Source: Candidatus Acidiferrales bacterium (lineage in GTDB: Bacteria > Acidobacteriota > Terriglobia > Acidiferrales > 2-02-FULL-67-57). From it: a DNA stretch of 64,000 nt. The notes under the pieces were generated by a model that did not search any database, was not told the DNA's origin, and saw only the letters and a program-made list of their open reading frames with translations. The position numbers and the translations under genes were made by a program. Positions within the stretch are counted from its first letter, which is position 1, and each line of letters opens with the position of its first letter. This document shows positions 9,012 to 18,164 of the stretch, one piece after another. Location: positions 3,048 to 67,047 of the forward strand of contig CBDFHE010000017.1 of the NCBI GenBank assembly GCA_965247455.1, written 5' to 3'.

Positions 9012-9051
9012 GCCTAACACGCCGATGAAGCTGACGGTCGGCTTCGCCGCC
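9012..9051 (+). other. Left half of an integron attC site (R'' GCCTAAC, L'' box), truncated
   Basis: GCCTAAC-ACGCC-GATGAAGCTGAC 17 bp after the stop codon; canonical RYYTAAC + 5-nt spacer + L'' layout; no matching GTTRRRY downstream. Confidence 0.6.
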
Positions 9052-9091
9052 CGGCGTAGCGCCCCGGCCGATAAGGCAAAGAGAAAGGAGT

Positions 9092-9127
9092 CAGGCAACC
9101 CCGCCGTTGCGCTATAATTCAAACAGA
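9092..9127 (+). promoter_or_regulatory. Sigma70-like promoter segment, copy 2
   Basis: TTGCGCTATAATTCAAACAGA upstream of ATG 9147 with a purine-rich RBS. Confidence 0.6.
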
Positions 9128-9146
9128 GGGGGGAAGGAAGGGTACC

Positions 9147-9794
9147 ATGCTACGGAAAGCACTTCTCGCCGCAACGCTGGCGTTGCTGCTCCCCTCACTG
9201 CTGCTGGCCGCCTACACCGTCGTGCTCAAGGACGGGCGTCGCATCGAAGCGCGCAGCCGCTACCTGGTGTACAAGGGGATGGTGAGGTTCACCGGCCTCG
9301 ATGGCCGCGCCTACCAGTTCCCCCTGACCGAGGTGAACCTGCTCGCCACCAACGAAGCCAACCGAACTGCTGATAAACCCAAGCGTAAGGTCTGGACCAA
9401 TGACGACCTGCAACACCTCAAGCCCGGCGCCCCTATCAGCGTGATGGGCGGGGCGCGACCGGCGGCATCCGCTACCGGCGAGCCGGGAGAAGCAGCAGCG
9501 GACGGGGCCGCCGAATCCGCCCCCAACCCGCAAGACACCCGCGAGTACTGGCAGGAACGCTTGAAGCCGCTGCGGGATGAGTTGGCACAGATCGAACGAC
9601 AGTTGCGGCAATTCCGCACCGGCCGGGGCCAGGCCGCCTCCAACGTCATCGACGTCAACACCAATGCCGGTGGCATCGGCGTCGCTGACGCCCTCCAGCG
9701 GCTGGAGCGCCGCCGGACTGAAATCCAGCAGGAGATTACCGCCCTCCAAGCCGAAGCTCGCCGCAAGGGCGTTCCCCCCGGCTACGTCCGCTAG
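9147..9794 (+). CDS. Secreted hypothetical protein (DUF4124-like, coiled-coil C-terminus)
   Basis: Signal peptide, KVWTNDDL motif, EYWQERL...coiled coil ending GVPPGYVR. Confidence 0.65.
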   Translation: MLRKALLAATLALLLPSLLLAAYTVVLKDGRRIEARSRYLVYKGMVRFTGLDGRAYQFPLTEVNLLATNEANRTADKPKRKVWTNDDLQHLKPGAPISVMGGARPAASATGEPGEAAADGAAESAPNPQDTREYWQERLKPLRDELAQIERQLRQFRTGRGQAASNVIDVNTNAGGIGVADALQRLERRRTEIQQEITALQAEARRKGVPPGYVR

Positions 9795-9941
9795 TTTCAC
9801 CCGACCGTTCCGACGCCCCTTCCTGTCAGTCCGCCTGCCCGCCACGGCGGGTCTGCCTTCCCAACGCCGCGCAGGCAGGAATGTCTGCGCTACCGTATCC
9901 TTGAGCGCCCCAGGCTGCGCCATGACCCGGCCGGGCCTTCC

Positions 9942-10721
9942 TCACGCCAGCAGGTCCAAGACGTCAATCACGAAATGCACCACCATCAGCCAGTAGAGGT
10001 CTCGCCGCCAGAGAAAAAACACCGAGAACCCCAGCGTAACGGCGAAAGCGAACAAGATGTTCAGCCAACCCAGGTAGGCGTGCCCGGCGCTGAACACCAA
10101 CGCCGGAAACAGAACCGCAAAGGGCAGGCTCCCGCTCCAGCGGTAGGTCCAGACGATGGCGAACCCGCGGAAGAAAGTCTCCTCCACCACCGCCGCCGTG
10201 AGCGCCAACGCCACCGAGAGCACCCGTTCCCCCGTCCACAGCGGCACCATCCAGTAGAGCCCGGCCTCCGCCAAACTGTAGTTGGGCCGGTGCAGCAGCG
10301 CCGCGCCCAGGAAAAATCCCACCAGCCCCAGCGCCACTGTCACCCGCCGGGCGTCCAGCCGCGGAAAGCCAACGCCGGCCAGCCGCTCCTCCTTGACCGC
10401 AAACACCACCAGCATCAACACGAACAGGCCCCACTGCTTGAAAATGGTGAAGCCGATCCAGGAGGCGCGGTAGAGGATGTCGCGGTTTTCCAGGTAGGCG
10501 CGCACCGCCGGGTGGTAGAACTGCGCGTACTGCACCAGCAGCGCCACCCCCAGCAGCACGGCTACGGGAAGAAAGCTGCGCTCTTGCTCGTGCTCGATCC
10601 CGGGCTCGCGCTCCGGCTCGGCTTCGGGCGCCGTCCAGCGCTCGAACTCTCCCAGCCAGCGCGTGAGCCGGTGGCACAAGCGGGGCTGGTTGGCCTCCTG
10701 ACTGTAGATTCGCAGTTCCAT
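9942..10721 (-). CDS. CPBP (CAAX/Abi) family intramembrane glutamic endopeptidase
   Basis: EETFFRGF, FSAGHAY, LMVVHFVID motifs; multiple TM helices; likely start MELRIY. Confidence 0.85.
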   Translation of the reverse strand: MELRIYSQEANQPRLCHRLTRWLGEFERWTAPEAEPEREPGIEHEQERSFLPVAVLLGVALLVQYAQFYHPAVRAYLENRDILYRASWIGFTIFKQWGLFVLMLVVFAVKEERLAGVGFPRLDARRVTVALGLVGFFLGAALLHRPNYSLAEAGLYWMVPLWTGERVLSVALALTAAVVEETFFRGFAIVWTYRWSGSLPFAVLFPALVFSAGHAYLGWLNILFAFAVTLGFSVFFLWRRDLYWLMVVHFVIDVLDLLA

Positions 10722-10740
10722 TCGCGCTCCCAAGACTATA

Positions 10741-11505
10741 ATGACTGAGATGAGCCGCAAACGGAAAAGGACGCGGTTACTGGCCGCACTCTGCGCCCTC
10801 CTCCTGACCGCCTGCCTGGCCCCGGCCGCTGACCAGCAGGATTGGGCCCGCCAACGGGCCCGCATGGTCGAGCAGACCATGGCGCACCCGCGCGACGCGC
10901 GCGACCCGGTGCGCGACCCTCGCGTGCTCCGCGCTCTGCGCCGCGTCCCCCGCCACGAGTTTGTCCCCGCACCGCTGCGCTCGGCGGCTTACCAGGACCG
11001 CCCCCTGCGCATCGGCCACGACCAGACCATCTCGCAGCCCTACATGGTGGCGAAGATGACCGAGCTGCTTCGGCCTCAATCCACCCACCGCGTGCTGGAG
11101 GTGGGCACCGGCTCCGGCTACCAGGCCGCGGTGCTGGCCGTCCTGGTCAAAGATGTTTATACCATCGAGATTGTCGCCCCGCTGGCCGAGCAGGCGCGGC
11201 AGCGGCTGGAGCGCCTGGGCTACGCCAATGTCCACGTGCGCGCCGGCGACGGCTACCTGGGCTGGCCGGAGGCGGCGCCTTTCGACTCCATCGTTGTCAC
11301 CGCCGGCGCCACCCACCTGCCCCCGCCGCTGCTGGAGCAGCTCAAGCCCGGCGGGCGCATGGTCATTCCGCTCGGCCAGCCTCCCTACGGGCTGGAGTTG
11401 CGCGTCGTGCATCGCGGCCAGACGCCCCAGGACCTGCGCATCGAGCGCATCATGCCCGTGGCTTTTGTACCTCTTACAGGAGGCCACGAAAAACCGAAAC
11501 AATAG
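10741..11505 (+). CDS. pcm: Protein-L-isoaspartate O-methyltransferase
   Basis: VPRHEFVP, QTISQPYMVA, VLEVGTGSGYQAAVLA, GDGYLGWPEAAPFD. Confidence 0.95.
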   Translation: MTEMSRKRKRTRLLAALCALLLTACLAPAADQQDWARQRARMVEQTMAHPRDARDPVRDPRVLRALRRVPRHEFVPAPLRSAAYQDRPLRIGHDQTISQPYMVAKMTELLRPQSTHRVLEVGTGSGYQAAVLAVLVKDVYTIEIVAPLAEQARQRLERLGYANVHVRAGDGYLGWPEAAPFDSIVVTAGATHLPPPLLEQLKPGGRMVIPLGQPPYGLELRVVHRGQTPQDLRIERIMPVAFVPLTGGHEKPKQ

Positions 11506-11908
11506 TTCGGCAATTCCACCCCGTCGCCGGAGTTTACCGCGAGATCTTCTCCGAGGGGTCCCCCTCACCGGCAAGCGCGCCCGCCCCAAGCAGTAAGCCC
11601 CTCTTGCTGTCCTGAAACCACCCCCTTCCCGGCACGCTCAACCGCCCCCACCGATGCTATACCGATTGTGAGAGTTATTAACCGCAGGCGTCGCTCAACT
11701 TTTTGCAATAGTTGCCGACATAACTTGTGAAGGCTGTTGCCCTGAGAAAAACGTGCGCCCAGGGACAGGAACGGCTAGCGGCTTGACCAAATGAAAGGAC
11801 ATTCGTCCCCAAGGTAGACTTTCGAGAGATGGCCGACCAGACGCAGAATTCCCTCCGGATCTCCGCGCGCGCAAGCGCCCAAAGCTTCCTGCATCGGACT
11901 CGATTGGC

Positions 11909-14203
11909 ATGAAAAAAAGCAAGATTCCGAAACAACTGGTTTGGGCGGTGGTCGCCGTCTGCGTGCTGCCGCTTCTGCTAAATCTTGTGGGAGTGGATTT
12001 CGGATCACCGCGTCTTCCCCTGGAGGTGCCTGCCGTTTCGGGAATGGCCTCCCATGAATTGACCGATGCAATGCATCGAGTATTGTCGGGAAGCCATATT
12101 CATACGCTGCTGGAGTGGAGTGCCTTCTGTGTAGCCATCTTCACCGTCTTCCTGGCCTTCATCCACTTCAAGATCGCGCGCGATATCACCACTCCGGTTA
12201 TCGGGGTAGCCTTGTTTTTCGCCGGCTGCATGGATGCCTTTCACACCCTGGCGGCTGACCGCTTGATCGACTCGGTGGCCGACAACCGCAACCTGATCCC
12301 CTTCACCTGGGCCATCTGCCGGCTCTTCAACGCTCTCATCATGATTGTCGGTGTGGGCATTCTCCTCCTGAGGAAGTCTGGAGCGAAACAGCGGGGTCCT
12401 GGTTTTGTCATGGGTATCAGCTTGGTCTTCGGTCTGGCCGCCTATGGGATTATCCATGTCTGTGCCACCACCGCCCTGCTGCCGCAGACCATGTTTCCCG
12501 ACTCCCTGGTGACCCGGCCCTACGACGTGATTCCGCTGGTGTTGTTCCTGTTTGCGGGAATCATCGTTTACCCGCGCTTCTACCGCAAGACGCCGAGTCT
12601 GTTTTCGCATGCGGTGATGATCAGCGCGATTCCCGAAGTGGCCACTCAGCTCTACATGGCATTCGGGTCCACCGCGCTCTTTGACAACCATTTCAACATC
12701 GCCCATTTCCTCAAGATCATTGCCTACCTGGTGCCGTTGGTCGGGCTGGCTCTGGACTACGTCGAAACCCACCGCGAACAGAGGCTCGTCGTCGCACAGC
12801 TGGAGGAAGCGCAGCAGATCCTGAAGACGCGAACCATGCAGGTGGAACAAGCCAACCAGGAACTGAGAATCGAGATTTTCGAGCGCAAGTGGGCCGAGAA
12901 AACCCTGCAGGAGAGGAACGCGCTCGTGCAATTGCTGCAGAGTGTAACGGCCGCCGCCAATGAAGCCTCCACGGTGCAAGAGGCGATGCAGGTTTGCCTG
13001 GACCAGATTTGTGGCCATACGGGCTGGTCCGTCGGTCACGTCTATGTCCCGGCGGAAGATTCCAGCGGCGAACTGGTTTCCACTACTATCTGGCACTTCA
13101 GTCACACCGAGAAATTTGAAGCATTTCGGAAAATGAGTGAGGCAACCCGATTCGCACCCGGCATCGGGTTGCCGGGCCGGGTGTTCTTCTCCGGTAAGCC
13201 TGCCTGGATCAAGGACGTCACCAAGGATCCCACTTTTCTGCGCGCAAGAGCCTCCTCAGACATCCACGTCCGCGGAGCTTTCAGTTTCCCTGTCTTGGTG
13301 GGGTCAAAGGTTGCCGCTGTGCTGGAATTCTACTCCGCCCAGCCTCAGGAAATCGACGAGAAGTTGCTGCAAGCCATTACTTACCTGAGCACACAGCTCG
13401 GGCGCGTGATTGAGCGCAAGCAGGCCGAGGAAAACCTACAAGCCCTCGCGGCTCGATTGGAACAGAGCAACCACGCGCTGCAGAACTTTGCTTCCGTGGC
13501 CGCCCACGACCTGAAGGAGCCGCTTCGCAAAGTCCTCATGTTTGGCGACCGGCTGCAGGCCAAGTGCAACCAAGTGCTGACGGATCAGGGACGCGACTAC
13601 TTGGATCGAATGCTGGGTGCGGCGGCACGGATGCAGATCCTGATCGACGACCTGCTCGCCTATTCGCAAGTTACGACTGCGGCCCAGCCCTTCGTTCCGG
13701 TCAATCTCGTTAAGGTATTGCAAGAAGTGTTGTTCGATTTGGAAGTACGCATCGCGCAGGAAGGTGCGCTGGTGGAAATCGGCGCGCTGCCCACGATTGA
13801 CGCCGATCCGACGCAGATGCGCCAATTGCTGCAGAACCTGATCAGCAATGCGCTGAAATTCCACCGGGAGGAAGAAATCCCGGTGGTAAGCATCCGCGGC
13901 AAAGTCTTTAACGACAGGATGCAACCCCCGGAGGGAAACTCGCCTGGTGACGGGCTTTGTCAAATTATCGTGGAAGACAACGGCATCGGTTTCGACCAAA
14001 AGTATACCGACCGCATCTTTGGTGTTTTTCAGCGCCTGCATGGTCGCCAGGAGTACGAGGGGGCCGGTATAGGCCTGGCACTCTGCCGCCAGATTGCCGA
14101 GCGCCACGGCGGCAGCATCACCGCCAAGAGCGCACCGGGCCAGGGGGCAACTTTTATGATTGACTTACCAATCAAACAGCGCCACGAGGAAAACGCAGCA
14201 TGA
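11909..14203 (+). CDS. Sensor histidine kinase (MASE3-like membrane domain, GAF, HisKA, HATPase)
   Basis: HTLLEW...GCMDAFHTLA membrane domain; GAF; H-box AAHDLKEPLRK; N/G boxes NLISNALKF, DNGIGF, GAGIGLA. Confidence 0.92.
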   Translation: MKKSKIPKQLVWAVVAVCVLPLLLNLVGVDFGSPRLPLEVPAVSGMASHELTDAMHRVLSGSHIHTLLEWSAFCVAIFTVFLAFIHFKIARDITTPVIGVALFFAGCMDAFHTLAADRLIDSVADNRNLIPFTWAICRLFNALIMIVGVGILLLRKSGAKQRGPGFVMGISLVFGLAAYGIIHVCATTALLPQTMFPDSLVTRPYDVIPLVLFLFAGIIVYPRFYRKTPSLFSHAVMISAIPEVATQLYMAFGSTALFDNHFNIAHFLKIIAYLVPLVGLALDYVETHREQRLVVAQLEEAQQILKTRTMQVEQANQELRIEIFERKWAEKTLQERNALVQLLQSVTAAANEASTVQEAMQVCLDQICGHTGWSVGHVYVPAEDSSGELVSTTIWHFSHTEKFEAFRKMSEATRFAPGIGLPGRVFFSGKPAWIKDVTKDPTFLRARASSDIHVRGAFSFPVLVGSKVAAVLEFYSAQPQEIDEKLLQAITYLSTQLGRVIERKQAEENLQALAARLEQSNHALQNFASVAAHDLKEPLRKVLMFGDRLQAKCNQVLTDQGRDYLDRMLGAAARMQILIDDLLAYSQVTTAAQPFVPVNLVKVLQEVLFDLEVRIAQEGALVEIGALPTIDADPTQMRQLLQNLISNALKFHREEEIPVVSIRGKVFNDRMQPPEGNSPGDGLCQIIVEDNGIGFDQKYTDRIFGVFQRLHGRQEYEGAGIGLALCRQIAERHGGSITAKSAPGQGATFMIDLPIKQRHEENAA

Positions 14204-14288
14204 GCAAAAAACAGAGTCCAGTCACGATCTTATTGGCTGAGGATGATCCGGACGACCGCATGGTCGTCCAAGAGGCTTTCGACGAGAA
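14200..14288 (+). pseudogene. Response regulator, N-terminal ~30 codons only
   Basis: [29 protein letters not shown] overlapping the kinase stop (ATGA); receiver similarity ends before the phospho-acceptor Asp. Confidence 0.8.
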
Positions 14289-14657
14289 CAACTGGGCCAG
14301 GAGTACCCCGACACCAACGAAGGCCGCGGCGCGGCTCTCTATCCGCTCTGGCGGTCCCCCAACGGCACGCAGTCGGTGCTGGGCCCGGTGCTGTTTGTTT
14401 TGATGGGCATGGTGGGGTTGGTCTTGCTGATCGCCTGCGCCAACGTCGCCAACCTGCTGCTGGCACGCGCCACTGCCCGGCGGAAAGAGATCGCCATCCG
14501 ATTGTCGCTGGGCGCCCACCGGGTGCGGTTAGTCCGCCAGCTTCTGACCGAAAGTGTACTGCTTTCGCTGCTGGTCGCCGTGGCGCTGCTGGCCTGCTAC
14601 GTGCCCGCCCGGCGCGCCACCAAAGTCGATCCGATGGTCGCCTTGCGCTACGAATAA
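14289..14657 (+). pseudogene. ADOP-type (MacB/FtsX duplicated) ABC permease remnant with internal deletion
   Basis: [14 protein letters not shown]...[18 protein letters not shown]...TESVLLSLL joined in frame to terminal [25 protein letters not shown]; no own start. Confidence 0.85.
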
Positions 14658-14670
14658 ACGGAAAACCGGC

Positions 14671-15213
14671 TCAACTAACTCGGGCGCGTTTCACCAGCCA
14701 GGCCACGCTCGCCAGCATCCCCACCCAGCCCAGCGCCCGCGTCCACCCAGCGATCAAAGTATCGTGTGGCAAAATCCCCAGGCGGGAAAAAATCTGGAAC
14801 CAATCGTGCCCGCCCAGGCTGGGATCGCCCACCGTCACCAGCGGCAGCATCTGGGCGCGGGCGTCCGCCATGTAGGTGGCAATGTAGAGAAAGTTTTCGA
14901 AGAAAAAGAAGGCGGCAAAAGCGGCTCCGGTGGTCTGCCGGTGGAAAACAAAATAAGCAGCCAGCCCCAACGGCACCAATAACTCCAGCAGCGTCCCGCC
15001 CCACAACCCCAGCGTCGCGCCCAACCAACCGAAGAGCAGGTGACCGGCTTCGTGGACAATCAGGTTGACGTGGTCAATCAGCAGAAAGCCGTCGTCATCG
15101 GCCAGCGCGTGCAGCAGAAACAGTCCGTAGAACACCAGCCAGCCCGCCAGCGCCGCCTTCGACACCGGCTGCCACTCTTCCTCCAGCGCCTCTAGGAACT
15201 CCCGTGGGATCAT
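14671..15213 (-). CDS. Membrane protein with HExxH motif (M50-like metallopeptidase)
   Basis: IVHEAGHLLF and GHDW motifs, several TM helices. Confidence 0.65.
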   Translation of the reverse strand: MIPREFLEALEEEWQPVSKAALAGWLVFYGLFLLHALADDDGFLLIDHVNLIVHEAGHLLFGWLGATLGLWGGTLLELLVPLGLAAYFVFHRQTTGAAFAAFFFFENFLYIATYMADARAQMLPLVTVGDPSLGGHDWFQIFSRLGILPHDTLIAGWTRALGWVGMLASVAWLVKRARVS

Positions 15214-15247
15214 TTGCGGCCCGAGTTACCACCATTCGGGATGAACG

Positions 15248-15643
15248 TTAGCGGAGTGCTTTCAGCGCAGCCTCGGCGTCAGACACGGCCAAGTAGGCGC
15301 TGGCCTCGGCGGCGCCTTTGGCCGCGCCGGTGTAGGCGTAGTGAATGTTGATGCCGGCATCACCGAGCTTTTTTGAGACGCTGCCCAACTGCCCGGGCTG
15401 GTCCGGCAGCGCGAAACTCACCAGTTCCTCTTCGGTGGTCTTCCAACCGCGTTGCGTGAAAATCTCTTTCGCCTCCGCCGCTTTGTCCACCACCATCCGC
15501 AACGCGCCGCTCCCTTCCACGACCGAGGCCACCAGCGCCAGGATGTTCACCTTCTTCGCGCCCAGGGCGTCTGCCACCTCACCCAGTATCCCCGGGCGGT
15601 CTTGTACCCACACCGTAAGCTGCTTGGTTTTTTGCATTGCCAT
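15248..15643 (-). CDS. Tandem ACT-domain protein
   Basis: QDRPGILGEV...NILA and PDQPGQLGSV...INIHYAY. Confidence 0.85.
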   Translation of the reverse strand: MAMQKTKQLTVWVQDRPGILGEVADALGAKKVNILALVASVVEGSGALRMVVDKAAEAKEIFTQRGWKTTEEELVSFALPDQPGQLGSVSKKLGDAGINIHYAYTGAAKGAAEASAYLAVSDAEAALKALR

Positions 15644-15904
15644 GTTTCCCCCTCACTTTCGACTCGACGCTCCCGACCTTCGTGTGAAGCCTACTCCGGC
15701 GCTGCACCCGCGGTCAATCACCGACTCCGTTTCCCGCGCCCATACAGCAAGCGGGCGAGTTTTCCTGCTTCCATCAGCCCCTTGACTCCTACTACCCTCA
15801 GTCCGGAAGAGGTGCGGAGTTTATCCCCGTACGGGGACACCTGCTCCCGTTTTGTGGGTTGCAGTTTCAACCGCGACAACACCGGACTGCTCCTTCCGGG
15901 GGCT

Positions 15905-16612
15905 TTAGCCCCTGAGGTATTTCTTCACCGCCCGCAGCACCCGGTTGAACATCGCCGGGGTCAGCCGCCCGGTCTGGGTGTTCTGCTGGCTGGAATGGAA
16001 GGAATCAAACAACCAAACCGTCCGCGCGCCGCCGGGCCAGGGCAGGTCATAGTGCGCTCCGTGGCCAAAGGGAAACGCGGCCAGGCTTTTGATCTGCCCG
16101 TGCTGCTGCAACAACCGCAAGTAAGTATCGTGCGCGATCCGGCCCAGCGCCAGCACGGCGCGCACGTTAGTCAACAGGCGGAATTCTTCTTCCAGAAACG
16201 GTCGGCAGTTCGATTGCTCCTGCGGCGTGGGTTTGTTCTGCGGCGGTGCGCATCGCAGCGACGCGGTGATGTAGCAGTTGGTGAGCTTCAAGCCGTCGTC
16301 GCGACTGACGGAGGTGGGCTGGTTGGCGAACCCGGCCCGGTGGAGGCCGCGAAAGAGGAAATCGCCCGCGCGGTCGCCGGTGAACATCCGTCCGGTGCGG
16401 TTGGCGCCGTGGGCTGCCGGTGCCAGTCCCAGCACCAGCAGTTGTGCGCGCGGGTCGCCGAAGCCCGGCACCGGCCGTCCCCAATACTCCCAGTCGCGGA
16501 ACATGCGGCGCTTCTCCCGCGCCACCTGCTCCCGCCAACGCACCAGCCGCGGACACTTCCGGCAGTTGATGACCTGCCGGTTGAGCAGGACAAACTGCCG
16601 CTGCGTAGTCAT
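15905..16612 (-). CDS. Uracil-DNA glycosylase family 5 (UdgB, 4Fe-4S)
   Basis: CRKCPRL, GLAPAAHGANRTGRMFTGD, RCAPPQNKP, FHSSQQNT. Confidence 0.92.
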   Translation of the reverse strand: MTTQRQFVLLNRQVINCRKCPRLVRWREQVAREKRRMFRDWEYWGRPVPGFGDPRAQLLVLGLAPAAHGANRTGRMFTGDRAGDFLFRGLHRAGFANQPTSVSRDDGLKLTNCYITASLRCAPPQNKPTPQEQSNCRPFLEEEFRLLTNVRAVLALGRIAHDTYLRLLQQHGQIKSLAAFPFGHGAHYDLPWPGGARTVWLFDSFHSSQQNTQTGRLTPAMFNRVLRAVKKYLRG

Positions 16613-16636
16613 CAGAATCCAAGGGGTACGGCTTCT

Positions 16637-17989
16637 CTACTGTTCGACCGTGGGAGCTTCGGCCATCGCCTGCTCGATTTCCTTGACGGTGCGGGGGAGG
16701 GATGCGGTCAGCAGCACGGCGCCGTCCTCGGTCACCAGCACGATGTCCTCGATGCGCACGCCCAGGTTTTCTTCCGGGATGTAAATCCCCGGCTCAATCG
16801 TGACGATCATCCCCGGCGCAAGCGCCCGGGTGGGATCGCCGGCGTCGTGCACCTGCAAGCCGATGTGGTGGCCGAGCCCGTGGATGAAATACTTTCCCAG
16901 CGGCTCGCCCTTCCGGTCTTTCCCGTGCGTATTGATGTAGTCATAGGCGATGCGGTAGAGCGAGTGCTCGCCCGTGCGCGCAAAGCTCATCCCCGGCTTC
17001 ACCGCCGCGATGGCGGCGTTCTGCGCCCCCAGCACGATTTCGTAAATTTCCTGCTGCCGCGGGCTGAACTTGCCGCCCACCGGAAGCGTGCGCGTGATGT
17101 CGGCGGCGTAGCCTGCGCACTCGGCTCCGACGTCAATCACCACCAGCTCGCCCGCCTGCATCTGCCGGCAGTTTTGGTTGTAGTGCAGCACGGTGGAGTT
17201 GAACCCCGAGCCCACAATCGGAATGTAGGCCGGCCGCTCGCACCCAGCGCGCTTGAAGGTGTACTCCATCAGCGCTGCAATCTCGTACTCGTGCAGGCCC
17301 GGCCGCAGCGCCTGCATCGCTTCCCGGTGCGCCTCCATCGAATGCTTGATGGCAAGGCGCAGCAACTCCTGCTCACTCTCCGACTTCACCTGCCGCAGCG
17401 CACTCAGTGTCTTGCGCACATCCTGCCACTCCGCCAACGGCGCCTGCTCCCGCAACCACCGCAGCCAGCGCGCGGCGTGGGCGGAGTCCACCTCTGCTCC
17501 CGGCGCGGGAAACAGTGTGTAGAGGTTCGGGAAGGCAGCAGCAGCCCGTTCCAGTGCGTGGCGAAGTTCGGCCACGGATTGGACCACGGCGACGCCCGTG
17601 CGCACGGCAGCGTCCGTGCCCGTTGGGCCAATGCGAACGCCGTCCCAGCGCTCGCGGCGCTTGTCGCGCGGCGGCAGGAAGAGCGTTTCCGGCGGCAGCT
17701 TGGCCGCCTTGGCTTCGTCGGTCTGCGGGACCAGCAGCAGCGCCGCGCCGGGCTCCTCATGCCCGGTGAGGTAGTAAAAGCTCTCCTCCTGGCGAAACGT
17801 GTACAGCAATGAAACATTTGAAACTTCGCTCCCGTACCCGAACAGAACGACAGGCGAGCCCACGCGTTCGAGCAGGCGCGCGCGCCGGGCGGCGTATTCT
17901 TCCGGCGCCTCCTTGATGCGTCCCGTCGCCGGCAGCGCGCCCGCCAGCAAACCGACGAGCAAAACCAGCGCAAGTGGTTTCTGTCTCAT
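16637..17989 (-). CDS. Xaa-Pro aminopeptidase (M24B), with signal peptide
   Basis: IDVGAE, ADITRT, HGLGHHIGLQVHD, TIEPGIY, GVRIED; likely start MRQKPLAL. Confidence 0.92.
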   Translation of the reverse strand: MRQKPLALVLLVGLLAGALPATGRIKEAPEEYAARRARLLERVGSPVVLFGYGSEVSNVSLLYTFRQEESFYYLTGHEEPGAALLLVPQTDEAKAAKLPPETLFLPPRDKRRERWDGVRIGPTGTDAAVRTGVAVVQSVAELRHALERAAAAFPNLYTLFPAPGAEVDSAHAARWLRWLREQAPLAEWQDVRKTLSALRQVKSESEQELLRLAIKHSMEAHREAMQALRPGLHEYEIAALMEYTFKRAGCERPAYIPIVGSGFNSTVLHYNQNCRQMQAGELVVIDVGAECAGYAADITRTLPVGGKFSPRQQEIYEIVLGAQNAAIAAVKPGMSFARTGEHSLYRIAYDYINTHGKDRKGEPLGKYFIHGLGHHIGLQVHDAGDPTRALAPGMIVTIEPGIYIPEENLGVRIEDIVLVTEDGAVLLTASLPRTVKEIEQAMAEAPTVEQ

Positions 17990-18164
17990 CCGATGGTCTC
18001 CTCTCTGTGTGCTCTGCGTCTCTGCGGTGGACGGTTCAAGGCCCCTCCTGCGGTGTGTTCCAGCAAAGCCCATCTGCACAGCCGAGGCGCAAGGCAGGCC
18101 GAACAAGAAGACTACTTCCCCTGCCGGAGCGGCTCACCCAAAAGGAATTTCTGCACGGGGAAAG

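Noticed and set aside
15452-17812. 786-aa plus-strand ORF
   Set aside because: Antisense shadow of udg and the aminopeptidase P gene; no recognisable motifs; expected in high-GC DNA.
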